Origin: Candidatus Woesearchaeota archaeon
GTDB lineage: Archaea > Nanobdellota > Nanobdellia > Woesearchaeales > 21-14-0-10-32-9
Assembly (NCBI GenBank): GCA_007117755.1
Contig: SKFY01000039.1
Coordinates: 1 to 39,683, forward strand
Reading direction: 5' to 3'
DNA length: 39,683 bases
In this document: positions 7,512 to 16,644 of the stretch, one piece after another
How positions within the stretch are numbered: position 1 is the stretch's first letter
Layout: each line of letters opens with the position of its first letter
Notes under the pieces: model-generated
The model's database searches: none
Seen by the model: only the letters and a program-made list of their open reading frames with translations
Told to the model about the DNA's origin: nothing
Program-made: the position numbers and the translations under genes

Positions 7512-8711
7512 TTGGGTTTGTTTGAACATGTTGAGAAAGATATTTCTTTTATAGGTAAAAAGTATATGGGTTTAAAAGATAAAGAGATTAGTTATTTGTT
7601 AACTCCTAAGAATATTGTCAGGTTTGAAGCGAATGGTTTTGAAGGTTATAGAGTTCAATTTAATAATGACCTGGGTCCTTTTAAGGGAGGTATTAGGTTT
7701 CATCAAGAAGTTGATGAATCAGAGGTTAAAAGTCTTGCTTTCTGGATGGTTATAAAATGCGCACTTAATAATGTTCCTTTCGGAGGCGGAAAAGGAGGCG
7801 TGAATGTTAATCCAAAAAATTTTTCTGAAAAAGAATATGAGGAATTAAGCCGAGCAGTGGTTAGGGCTTTAAAAAACGATATAGGTGTTGATAAAGATAT
7901 TCCCGCACCAGATGTTTATACAAATAGTCAAGTAATGGCGTGGATGAGAGACGAATACGAAAAAATCTTTGGAAAACAAGAGCCTGGAGTAGTGACTGGA
8001 AAACCTATAGAATTAGGAGGGAGTAAAGGAAGAAGTGAAAGTACGTCACAAGGAGGGATTTACGTTTTGAAAGAAGTTTTGAAAAGAGAAGGAATCAAAG
8101 ATCCTAGGATAGGCATAGAGGGTTTTGGAAATGCAGGTATGAATGCAGCAAAGATATTAAGAAATCAAAGATACAAAGTGGTTTGTGTTTCTGATAGTAC
8201 AGGAGCTGTTTATAATAAAAGAGGTTTAGATATTAGTAAATTAATCAAGTATAAACAAGCCAAAGGGAAATTTGAAAATTATGAAGAAGATACCGTTATT
8301 AAAAAAGAAGATTTGATAGAACAAGACTTGGACGTTCTTATACCCGCAGCTATGGCCGAGAGTATTAATAAAGATAATGCTCATAAAGTTAAAGCTAAAA
8401 TAATTTTAGAACTCGCAAACGGGCCTTTAACTAAAGAAGCGGACGATATCCTAAAAGATAAAGCCTTAATCATACCAGACATATTAGCTAATTCAGGAGG
8501 AGTAATAGTTAGTTATTTTGAATGGATACAAAATAAAACAGGAGAGTACTGGACCGAAGAAGAAGTTCAAAATAAATTAAAAGAAAAAATATTAGGGACT
8601 TTAAAAGAACTTTATAACGAACAAGAAAAAGACGTGAGTATGAGAATAACAGCTTATAAAAAAGGAATAAGAAAAGTTTTGAAAGCAGCAAAGCTTAGAG
8701 GTGCACTATGA
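7512..8711 (+). CDS. gdh: Glutamate dehydrogenase (Glu/Leu/Phe/Val dehydrogenase family)
   Basis: GPFKGGIRFH, PFGGGKGG and GFGNAG (Rossmann) motifs. It has a TTG start with GAGGGG 7 nt upstream. Confidence 0.9.
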   Translation: MGLFEHVEKDISFIGKKYMGLKDKEISYLLTPKNIVRFEANGFEGYRVQFNNDLGPFKGGIRFHQEVDESEVKSLAFWMVIKCALNNVPFGGGKGGVNVNPKNFSEKEYEELSRAVVRALKNDIGVDKDIPAPDVYTNSQVMAWMRDEYEKIFGKQEPGVVTGKPIELGGSKGRSESTSQGGIYVLKEVLKREGIKDPRIGIEGFGNAGMNAAKILRNQRYKVVCVSDSTGAVYNKRGLDISKLIKYKQAKGKFENYEEDTVIKKEDLIEQDLDVLIPAAMAESINKDNAHKVKAKIILELANGPLTKEADDILKDKALIIPDILANSGGVIVSYFEWIQNKTGEYWTEEEVQNKLKEKILGTLKELYNEQEKDVSMRITAYKKGIRKVLKAAKLRGAL

Positions 8712-9307
8712 GTTATGAACAATTGTACACGCCAGGATACTTAGAAGTTTTTTGCGGACCTATGAAGAGTGGAAAAACACTTGAGTTAATACACAGAATT
8801 AATAAACTCGAGTACAGAGATGATGTTAATTTTGTTTTTTTTAAACCAAGCATAGATACAAGGGATAAAACTATCAAGAGTAGATTTGAAACTAAGATTT
8901 TCGAATGTGTTTTTGTTAAAGAAAACGATTTTAATGATTTGTTTAATAATTACAAAGGAGAAGAAGTTGTAGCTATAGATGAAGCACATTTTTTTGAAAA
9001 AGAAGTTTTAATAAAATTCGTTAATTATTTGCTAAAAAATAACAAGAATGTCTTAATAGCCGGATTAGAACTTGATTTTAGAGGAGAGCCTTTTGGTGCA
9101 ATGCCAGAGATTATATGTATGGCTGATAAGATTTACAAATTATCAGGAATATGTGATGTGAAAGGTTGTAATAATATAGCTCGTATGACTCAAAGATTAG
9201 TTAATGGAAAACCAGCTCATTACAGCAGTCCTTTAATATTAATAGGAGATGCTGAGGAAGGATACGAGACTAGGTGTAGAAAACACCACGCTGTTAAGAG
9301 GGATTAA
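8708..9307 (+). CDS. tdk: Thymidine kinase (TK1-like type)
   Basis: P-loop GPMKSGKT, DEAHFF box and a C-terminal Cys/His zinc lasso (CDVKGC...RCRKHH). It makes an ATGA overlap with gdh. Confidence 0.85.
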   Translation: MSYEQLYTPGYLEVFCGPMKSGKTLELIHRINKLEYRDDVNFVFFKPSIDTRDKTIKSRFETKIFECVFVKENDFNDLFNNYKGEEVVAIDEAHFFEKEVLIKFVNYLLKNNKNVLIAGLELDFRGEPFGAMPEIICMADKIYKLSGICDVKGCNNIARMTQRLVNGKPAHYSSPLILIGDAEEGYETRCRKHHAVKRD

Positions 9308-9336
9308 AAATTATAAATGAATATTCTAAAGATGAA

Positions 9337-10830
9337 GTGTCAAATTTTGTTATTGATACACTAGTTAATAAAAATAAACAAATACTAGTTTTTGTTTCAA
9401 CAAAGAGATCAGCTGAGGCAGTGGCTGATAAGATTTTATCAGAGTCAAAAAATTTCTTAAAAGAAGAATACGAAGATTTAGAAAAAAGCATTTTAAGTGC
9501 TTTGAGCAGTCCTACAAAGCAATGTCGCAGGCTTGCAAGACTTGTTAAAAGAGGAGTTAGTTTTCATCATAGCGGTCTTAATAGTAAACAGAGAAGTCTT
9601 GTTGAGAGGGAATTCAAAAAAGGACGTATAAAAGTTATATGCGCGACACCTACCTTAGCAGCAGGCGTTGATATACCTGCGTATAGAGTTTTAATAAGAG
9701 ATACTAAAAGATTTACGGATAGAGGCATGGTTTCTATTCCTGTCTTGGAGTATGAACAGATGAGTGGAAGAGCTGGAAGACCTAGTTATGATAAAATAGG
9801 AGAGTCTTTAATCTTGGCTAAAAGCATAGAGGAAAGAGAAAATCTTTGGCATAAATACGTTATGGGAGAACCTGAAGATATTATTTCTAAATTAGCAGTG
9901 GAGCCTGTTCTTAGAATTTACACTCTTAGTTTAATAGCGACTAAGTATGTTTCTAACTTTTCAGAGCTTAAAAAATTTATGTCTCGTACTTTTTATGCAT
10001 CACAATACGGGGATTATAAATCCTTAGAACATAATTTAGGAGGAATTTTAAGATCTTTAGAGAAGTGGAATTTTGTAGTTACAGAAAATAAAAAAAGTGA
10101 TTTTGTGAGTGCTAATAAATTAGATGATGACTATTCTTTGAAACCAACATCTTTAGGAGTTAGGGTTTCTCAATTATATCTGGATCCTTTAACAGCTAAT
10201 GATTTGATAAGAGGCTTAGAAAGTGGTGATAAAGGATATTTTGCCTTATTAAATCTTATTTGTTACACTATTGAGATGAAACCATATTTTAGACTTAGAA
10301 AAAAAGATTATGAGTTAGTGCAAGAAAAATTAATTAAAGAAGAGTTTATGTTTGAAGAACCTGACGAGTTCAGTATTGAGTATGATGATTTTTTAGATAG
10401 TTTGAAAACCAGTATTGTTTTAGAATCATGGATTGAAGAAGCTAGTGAAGAAAAAATCTATGAAGATTACGGAGTTAGTCCAGGAGAGCTACAAATGAAA
10501 CTTGAAAGAGGAGATTGGTTATTATATGCTTGTTCAGAGTTTTGTAGGATGAAAGGTTTGAAAGATGTTTTTAATAGAGTTAATAAGTTAAGAAGCAGGT
10601 TCAAAAACGGTGTTAAAGAAGAATTATTAGTTTTGCTAAAACTTAAAAATATAGGGCGGGTGAGAGCAAGAAAGCTGTTTAACAAAGGTTTTACTGATTT
10701 AAAGTCCTTAAAAAAAACCAAGCCTTCAGAACTAAAGTCTTTACTTGGAGAAAAAACTGGTTTGAATGTTATGAAACAATTAGGAATTAGCAATGAAGAA
10801 GATACTAAATTATTTTTTTCAAACCAATAA
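9337..10830 (+). CDS. hel308: Hel308/Ski2-like helicase lacking the N-terminal RecA1 (Walker A/DExH) domain
   Basis: The ORF begins in the RecA2 domain (ILVFVSTKRSAEAVA, HHSGL, TPTLAAGVDIPA, QMSGRAGRP). It continues through winged-helix/ratchet regions to an HhH tail (LKNIGRVRARKLF). The frame opens only at 9298, inside the end of tdk; putative GTG start. Confidence 0.7.
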   Translation: MSNFVIDTLVNKNKQILVFVSTKRSAEAVADKILSESKNFLKEEYEDLEKSILSALSSPTKQCRRLARLVKRGVSFHHSGLNSKQRSLVEREFKKGRIKVICATPTLAAGVDIPAYRVLIRDTKRFTDRGMVSIPVLEYEQMSGRAGRPSYDKIGESLILAKSIEERENLWHKYVMGEPEDIISKLAVEPVLRIYTLSLIATKYVSNFSELKKFMSRTFYASQYGDYKSLEHNLGGILRSLEKWNFVVTENKKSDFVSANKLDDDYSLKPTSLGVRVSQLYLDPLTANDLIRGLESGDKGYFALLNLICYTIEMKPYFRLRKKDYELVQEKLIKEEFMFEEPDEFSIEYDDFLDSLKTSIVLESWIEEASEEKIYEDYGVSPGELQMKLERGDWLLYACSEFCRMKGLKDVFNRVNKLRSRFKNGVKEELLVLLKLKNIGRVRARKLFNKGFTDLKSLKKTKPSELKSLLGEKTGLNVMKQLGISNEEDTKLFFSNQ

Positions 10831-10868
10831 TTTTATTTAAAGAAAGATAATTACTTTTTTTAATCAAC

Positions 10869-11819
10869 ATGATACTTAAACAAATACCAGAAGATTTTAT
10901 AGTTATTGAAATACCTAATGATTTTTCAGGAGAAGGACCATACCAGATTTATGAACTGACCAAAGTTAATTATAATACTGAAGACGCTGTAGAAGCAGTT
11001 GTTAAAGCTCTAGGTATTAAAAGAAAACAAGTTAGTTACGCAGGTAATAAGGATCGTAACGCCATAACAAAACAATTTATTTCTTTAAAAAAAGTCTCTA
11101 AAGAAAAAGTCGAAAGCATTAATTTGAAAGACATACAACTTGTTTTTAAAGGATATAGTAATAAACCAGTTTATTTAGGAGATTTGAAAGGTAATAAATT
11201 TGAGATAACCATAAGAGGTTTGAAAGAAAAAATAAATATAGAAAAAAATGTTAAAATACCTAATTTTTATGACACACAAAGATTTTCCGAATATAACCAT
11301 ATTATAGGAAAAGCATTAATTAAAAGAGATTTTGAAAAAGCAACTAATTACATAATTAAGAGTAGTACTAAGTACGGAAAAGTAATGAGAACTCATTTAG
11401 ACAATAATCCTAATGACTACGTTAATGCTTTAAAGAAAATACCCACCAGGGTTTTACAAATATATCTTTATTCTTATCAAAGCTTTTTATGGAATAAACT
11501 AGCAAATAAAAATTTAGGAGAAGAAAATAATTTTTTACCAATACCCGGATTCGGAACAGAAACAAAGGATTATAAAGATATTTTTAAGGAAGAAGAAATA
11601 AATGAGAGAGATTTTATCCTAAGAGAATTCCCAGAGATAAGTATGGAAGGTAGTCAAAGAAAACTATACAGCGAAGTAAATGATTTACGCATAAGTGATT
11701 ATGAAAAGGATGATTTGAACCCAGGATATAAATTAAAAATAAGCTTTAGCCTAGGAAAAGGCAGCTACGCAACAATGGTAGTTAAGCATTTGTTAAAGAA
11801 TGGGTCCTCTGGGATTTGA
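10869..11819 (+). CDS. truD: tRNA pseudouridine synthase TruD/Pus7 family
   Basis: Catalytic motif GNKDRNAITKQ and C-terminal GSYATMVVKHLL. The last 19 nt overlap the antisense tRNA-Phe. Confidence 0.85.
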   Translation: MILKQIPEDFIVIEIPNDFSGEGPYQIYELTKVNYNTEDAVEAVVKALGIKRKQVSYAGNKDRNAITKQFISLKKVSKEKVESINLKDIQLVFKGYSNKPVYLGDLKGNKFEITIRGLKEKINIEKNVKIPNFYDTQRFSEYNHIIGKALIKRDFEKATNYIIKSSTKYGKVMRTHLDNNPNDYVNALKKIPTRVLQIYLYSYQSFLWNKLANKNLGEENNFLPIPGFGTETKDYKDIFKEEEINERDFILREFPEISMEGSQRKLYSEVNDLRISDYEKDDLNPGYKLKISFSLGKGSYATMVVKHLLKNGSSGI

Positions 11820-11874
11820 ACCCAGGACACCACGGTCTTCAGCCGTGCGCTCTCCCAGACTGAGCTAAGGACCC
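11801..11874 (-). tRNA. tRNA-Phe (anticodon GAA)
   Basis: On the reverse complement: GGGTCCT TA GCTC AGTCTGGGA GAGC G CACGG CTGAAGA CCGTG GTGTC CTGGG TTCAAAT CCCAG AGGACCC A. Confidence 0.9.
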
Positions 11875-11907
11875 TTCAGAGAAAAGATAAAAAAGGTTTC
11901 TTTTATA

Positions 11908-12201
11908 TTATTTTTCATTTTTAATAATAAGAGAACCTTTATTCCCAACAGTAATTTGTAAGTTACCCCTATAATCCTTGACTTTAGCATTTTTTATCTC
12001 TACCAAATCACCTTCTTTAATATTTTCAGTCTGACCATCCCATAAAGTTAAATCTATACAACCAGTACTATCTTGTATAACAGCTATAGCTATTTTTCCA
12101 GGCTCGCCCATCCTAGGAAAAGTTTTTACAGGACTTAATTCTTTGACTTTAGCATTCAAAGTCGTTATTTTTTTACCAATATCAATGTCTTTTATATACA
12201 T
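11908..12201 (-). CDS. Single OB-fold nucleic-acid-binding protein (RPA/SSB-like)
   Basis: 97 aa. The pattern ...GKIAIAVIQDSTGCIDLTLWDGQ...GDLVEIKNAKVKDYRGNLQI is typical of short archaeal RPA-like OB folds. Confidence 0.55.
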   Translation of the reverse strand: MYIKDIDIGKKITTLNAKVKELSPVKTFPRMGEPGKIAIAVIQDSTGCIDLTLWDGQTENIKEGDLVEIKNAKVKDYRGNLQITVGNKGSLIIKNEK

Positions 12202-12224
12202 ACTTATAATAATAAAATAAAATA

Positions 12225-12232
12225 TTTATAAA
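12225..12232. promoter_or_regulatory. Palindromic TATA octamer possibly shared by divergent genes
   Basis: TTTATAAA lies 23 nt from the minus-strand ATG (12201) and 27 nt from the plus-strand ATG (12260), within a 58-nt intergenic region. Confidence 0.4.
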
Positions 12233-12259
12233 CATTGGCTTTTATACATTTAAATTAAG

Positions 12260-12892
12260 ATGGTGAAGATTATACCAACAATACTTACGAATAATAAAAA
12301 AGATTTCGAAGATAGATATAAAAAATTAAGTTTTAGCGATATGCTACAAATTGACTTTATGGATGGAAAATTTGTTAAGAATAAGTCAGTGAGTCTTGAA
12401 GAAATGCCTAGTTTTTTTAATAGAAGAGTGGAAGCCCATTTAATGGTGGAAAAACCTGAAGAATACATAAGTGCTTTGAAAAAGAAAGGATTTAAAAAAA
12501 TAATTTTTCACTATGAATCTTTTTCAGATAAATCAAAAATTAGGGATTTCGCCAAGGATTTGACAATTCAAGGTCTTAAACCAGTATTAGCGATAAATCC
12601 AGAAACTAAACTAGAAGATTTTTATGAATTAACAGGTTTATTCACAACTATAATGTTTTTAGGAGTTAATCCCGGAAAAGAAAATCAAGAGTTTCAAAAA
12701 AAGGTAATTGATAAAATTAAAAAATTAAGAGATAAAGATGATAAGATTTTAATCCAAGTTGATGGAGGAGTAAATCCCCAAACCGCAAAGAATTTGAAAG
12801 GTTTAGTCAATATTGTTAATTCAGGCTCATATATTAGTGAAAATGAAGATCCAGAGAAAGCTTTTAACAATCTTAGAAAGGTGTTTGAATGA
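12260..12892 (+). CDS. rpe: Ribulose-phosphate 3-epimerase family protein (divergent)
   Basis: Blocks IDFMDGKFVKN, EAHLMV, FHYE, GVNPG..NQEF and QVDGGV align by eye with the RPE barrel. It heads an operon with split transketolase. Confidence 0.7.
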   Translation: MVKIIPTILTNNKKDFEDRYKKLSFSDMLQIDFMDGKFVKNKSVSLEEMPSFFNRRVEAHLMVEKPEEYISALKKKGFKKIIFHYESFSDKSKIRDFAKDLTIQGLKPVLAINPETKLEDFYELTGLFTTIMFLGVNPGKENQEFQKKVIDKIKKLRDKDDKILIQVDGGVNPQTAKNLKGLVNIVNSGSYISENEDPEKAFNNLRKVFE

Positions 12893-13698
12893 AAAAGAAA
12901 GATTTGACAAAAAAATGCAAAGATATTAGGATAAAACTATTGAAAACATTAAACAAAGCAGGATCAGGACATACCGCAGGTCCTTTAGGAATGACAGAAG
13001 TGTTTACTTTTTTATATAACGATTTTTTAAAAATTAATCCAAAAAAACCAAAAGATCCAAAGAGAGATTATCTTATTTTATCCAACGGACATATTTGTCC
13101 TATACAGTACGTAGTCATGTCCGATAAAGGATTTTTTCCAGAGAAAGAACTTTATACTTTGAGAAAACTTAATTCTAGATTACAAGGACACCCACATAGA
13201 GAAGCCTTACCAGGATTAGAAACTACTTCAGGACCATTAGGTAGCGGATTAAGCCAAGCATGCGGAATAGCACTGGGTTTGAAAAGAGATAATAAAAAAA
13301 ATAAAGTTGTTTGCCTTACTAGTGACGGTGAACACGAAGAAGGAAATACGTGGGAAGCAATTTTATTCGCAGCAAAATACGACCTTAATAATCTTATACA
13401 AATAATAGATAGAAATAATATACAAATAGACGGTTATACAGAGGATATTATGCCTTTAAATAGCTTGTCAGAAAAGTATAAAAGTTTTAATTGGAACGTT
13501 ATCGAAATAGACGGTAATAATATTAAGCAGATAGAAAAAGCTTTGATAAACGCGGATAAGAAAAAAACAAAACCCACAGTTATAATAGCTAATACTGTTC
13601 CAGGAAAAGGAGTTAGTTTCATGGAAAACAAATATGAATGGCACGGTAAAGTACCCAATGACGAAGAATTGAAGAAGGCATTAGAGGAATTGAAATGA
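12889..13698 (+). CDS. tkt: Transketolase, N-terminal (TPP-binding) subunit
   Basis: GHTAGPLGMTEV and SDGEHEEGNTWEA motifs; ATGA overlap with rpe. Confidence 0.9.
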   Translation: MKKKDLTKKCKDIRIKLLKTLNKAGSGHTAGPLGMTEVFTFLYNDFLKINPKKPKDPKRDYLILSNGHICPIQYVVMSDKGFFPEKELYTLRKLNSRLQGHPHREALPGLETTSGPLGSGLSQACGIALGLKRDNKKNKVVCLTSDGEHEEGNTWEAILFAAKYDLNNLIQIIDRNNIQIDGYTEDIMPLNSLSEKYKSFNWNVIEIDGNNIKQIEKALINADKKKTKPTVIIANTVPGKGVSFMENKYEWHGKVPNDEELKKALEELK

Positions 13699-14630
13699 AG
13701 AAAGATTCTACACGAGCAGGATTTGGAAGAGGACTGGCTAAATTAGGCGAGAAAAACAAAAATGTATACGCACTCACAGCAGACCTAGGAGGAAGTACTA
13801 ATCTTACTAGTTTTAAAAAAGAATTTCCTGAACGCTTTGTACAAGTAGGAGTGGCTGAACAAAACCTAGTCACGGTAGCCAGTGGATTAGCACACATAGG
13901 TAAAATACCTTTCGCAACTACTTTTGCAGTGTTTAGCCCAGGAAGAACATGGGAACAAATAAGAACAACGATTTGCTATAATAATCAACCAGTTAAGATT
14001 TGTAGCACTCACTCAGGATTAGGAGTTGGTGAAGACGGAGCGACGCATCAAATGCTAGAAGACTTAGCATTAATGAGATCTTTACCTAATATGACAGTTA
14101 TACAACCATGCGATGGTTTGGAAGCTGAGAAAGCAGTTGAGAAAATTGCGAATCATGAAAAACCAGTTTATTTCAGGCTTAATAGACAAAAAACTAGTCT
14201 TTTAACAAATAAAAAAAGTAGTTTTGAAATAGGCAAAGCTAACATACTTAAAAAAGGAGAGCACATAACTTTAATAGGTATAGGTCCTGTATTAGTAGAA
14301 TCCTTGGAAGCGGCTAAAGAGCTGGAGGAAGAGGGTTTGTCAGTAGAAGTTATTAATATGCATACTTTAAAGCCATTAGATAAAAAAACAATCCTTAAGA
14401 GTATAAACAAGACAGATCTCGTCATTACAGTGGAAGATCATCAAGTCACAGGAGGTTTGGGAAGTAGCGTCGCGGAGTTTCTCAGCCAAGTTAAGCCCAC
14501 TCCTATGAAGATGTTAGGCGTGGAAGATACTTTTGGAGAGAGTGGGAGTTTTGAAGAGTTGTATGATAAATATGGCTTGTCAAAGGACAAGATTAAAAAG
14601 AGTATAAAAAAATTTGTTGAAGAAGCTTGA
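13695..14630 (+). CDS. tkt: Transketolase, C-terminal (pyrimidine-binding) subunit
   Basis: VGVAEQNLV and GVGEDGATHQ motifs; ATGA overlap with the N-terminal subunit gene. Confidence 0.9.
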   Translation: MKKDSTRAGFGRGLAKLGEKNKNVYALTADLGGSTNLTSFKKEFPERFVQVGVAEQNLVTVASGLAHIGKIPFATTFAVFSPGRTWEQIRTTICYNNQPVKICSTHSGLGVGEDGATHQMLEDLALMRSLPNMTVIQPCDGLEAEKAVEKIANHEKPVYFRLNRQKTSLLTNKKSSFEIGKANILKKGEHITLIGIGPVLVESLEAAKELEEEGLSVEVINMHTLKPLDKKTILKSINKTDLVITVEDHQVTGGLGSSVAEFLSQVKPTPMKMLGVEDTFGESGSFEELYDKYGLSKDKIKKSIKKFVEEA

Positions 14631-14673
14631 ATAACAAAGAGCTGAAATTTTATTTGTCGATACTTTTAAATAC

Positions 14674-15378
14674 GTGAATAAGGTGCTTTCTAAAGTGTTT
14701 ACTAAAAAAAAAGTTAAGTTATTATTATTGGAAAGCTTGTTAATAGTTGTAGCTGTGTACGCAATTATTTTTTATCTTACAGATGTATTGGATCAGGAAA
14801 GATTTAAAGAGTTAGAGAATCAATTAACTGTTTCTTCTTTAAAACAAGAATCTAGATATGTTATGAATGATTTTTTCTCTACTTTTAGTGAGAATGAATG
14901 TGAATTAATGCGAAATAGTATTTATGAAGAATATGATTATGTTAAGGATTTGTTCAGCGACATAAATAGGTATGTCATGTCAGGCTTGGGAAGAAACGAG
15001 CCTAGATACTCAGTTAATAAAAGAGAATATACTTTAAACCAATTAGATATGCTTAATATGATTAATTTTTATAATGAAGGATGTGAAGATGCGAAGATTT
15101 ACCCCTTATTATATTTTAACGACGGGGAGTCAAGCGGTATAGATACACAAGGACTTATTCTTAGTCAGTTTTACGAGGAAACAACCGATGTTATTGTTTT
15201 AATATTTGATAAAAATTATGAAGATGAACAATTACTTGTGAAACTTAGGAATTATTACAATGTCACCCAAGCACCTTTTATTGTTTTTGGAGATAAAAAT
15301 ACTAAAGATTTTACTAATAATGATATAGTGTATTTGAGAACATTGAGAAATGAATATGATAATATGAAAAATATTTAA
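14674..15378 (+). CDS. Single-pass membrane protein, paralog of 16641-17276
   Basis: N-terminal basic stretch plus TM (LLLLESLLIVVAVYAIIFYL), then a coiled segment and an alpha/beta-looking ectodomain with two Cys. The start is uncertain (GTG at 14674; other GTGs at 14683 and 14695). Confidence 0.5.
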   Translation: MNKVLSKVFTKKKVKLLLLESLLIVVAVYAIIFYLTDVLDQERFKELENQLTVSSLKQESRYVMNDFFSTFSENECELMRNSIYEEYDYVKDLFSDINRYVMSGLGRNEPRYSVNKREYTLNQLDMLNMINFYNEGCEDAKIYPLLYFNDGESSGIDTQGLILSQFYEETTDVIVLIFDKNYEDEQLLVKLRNYYNVTQAPFIVFGDKNTKDFTNNDIVYLRTLRNEYDNMKNI

Positions 15379-15387
15379 TGAAAAAAA

Positions 15388-16644
15388 ATGGTACTTAACG
15401 TCTTATTACACACGGTTATATTCACAGGATTTTTCTTAGCAGTATTTTGGTTAGTGGCCTTGTTAAATGTTAAGGAGTATAAAAGACGTATAGAGAATTA
15501 TCCTTCTGTTACTATAATAATACCTGCATATAATGAAGAAGAAGGTGTGGGCAGAACTATAGAGTCTTGTAAAAATTTGGAGTACCCTGGAAAGTTAGAT
15601 ATTCTTGTTGTTAATGATGCTTCTAAAGATAGAACGCTTGAAAAAATAAAGAAGTATAAAGGTATTAAGATACTCGATAATAAAAAAAATGAAGGTAAAG
15701 CTTCAGCTTTGAATAAAGCGTTGAAAGAAGTTAAAACAGAATACTTCGCAGTGATGGATGCTGATTCTTTAGTAGATAGATACGCTTTAAGAAATGCTAT
15801 AAAATATTTTATTATTAAGGATGGAGATGAAGTTGGAAGTGTAATGACTAAGTTAAAGCCGGAGAATGAAAGTGGTAATTATTTAGAAAGAGTTCAATTA
15901 ATAGAGTATATGTTTGTGGGTTTAGTAAGGTATTTGTCTGCTTCTTTAAGACTTTTACATATAGCACCAGGAGTTATGAGTGTTTATAAAACAAGAGTTG
16001 TTAAAAAATTAAAAGGTTTTGACAAAACTAATTTGACAGAGGATTTTGAGTTAGCCGTTAGATTAAGAAAAAATGGTTATTTGATTAATTACGCACATGA
16101 CAGCTTAGGATATACTAAAGTACCTAATAATTTTAAAGTTTTTTTAAAGCAAAGACTAAGATGGGGTAGGGGATTTTTTAGAACTATATTTAAACATAAA
16201 GATATAATATTTAATAAAAAGAAAGGTTTGTTCGGGATTTATGAATTCCCTATGAATATAATAAGTCCTTTATTGTTTTTCGTAGCGGTTTTTATACTGA
16301 CCATAAATATTGTTAGAAGCGTCTACGAGTTTTTATTTAAATTAATAGTCACGCCAGACGTTATAAAATGGTTCGAGTTTAATTCTTTCAGGGAGATGAT
16401 GCTTTCTTTTAATTCCCTAATATCTTTACCTATACTCGCGAGTTTATTATTGGTATTATTGTTTATTTATTTCGTGTTTAAATTTTACGATCACAAATTC
16501 TTTGAAAGAGACAAATTTAAAAAAGTAATAGCATTAGTTACTTACGTATTCATTTATAGCTATATATACGTTTATTTATTTTCAAAAGCGTTTTACATGG
16601 AAGTTGTGAATAAAGAATATGATTGGGGTACTAAAAAAAGATGA
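15388..16644 (+). CDS. Processive family-2 glycosyltransferase (NodC/chitin/cellulose/PNAG-synthase-like)
   Basis: IIIPAYNEE, VVNDASKD, MDADS, TEDFEL and QRLRWGRG (QxxRW) motifs, plus one N-terminal and several C-terminal TM helices. Confidence 0.85.
   Translation: MVLNVLLHTVIFTGFFLAVFWLVALLNVKEYKRRIENYPSVTIIIPAYNEEEGVGRTIESCKNLEYPGKLDILVVNDASKDRTLEKIKKYKGIKILDNKKNEGKASALNKALKEVKTEYFAVMDADSLVDRYALRNAIKYFIIKDGDEVGSVMTKLKPENESGNYLERVQLIEYMFVGLVRYLSASLRLLHIAPGVMSVYKTRVVKKLKGFDKTNLTEDFELAVRLRKNGYLINYAHDSLGYTKVPNNFKVFLKQRLRWGRGFFRTIFKHKDIIFNKKKGLFGIYEFPMNIISPLLFFVAVFILTINIVRSVYEFLFKLIVTPDVIKWFEFNSFREMMLSFNSLISLPILASLLLVLLFIYFVFKFYDHKFFERDKFKKVIALVTYVFIYSYIYVYLFSKAFYMEVVNKEYDWGTKKR

Noticed and set aside
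13619-13897. 92-aa minus-strand ORF spanning the junction of the two transketolase genes
   Set aside because: It is antisense to two strongly conserved genes, with no promoter or SD and an Ala/Pro/Ser/Arg-rich junk composition.
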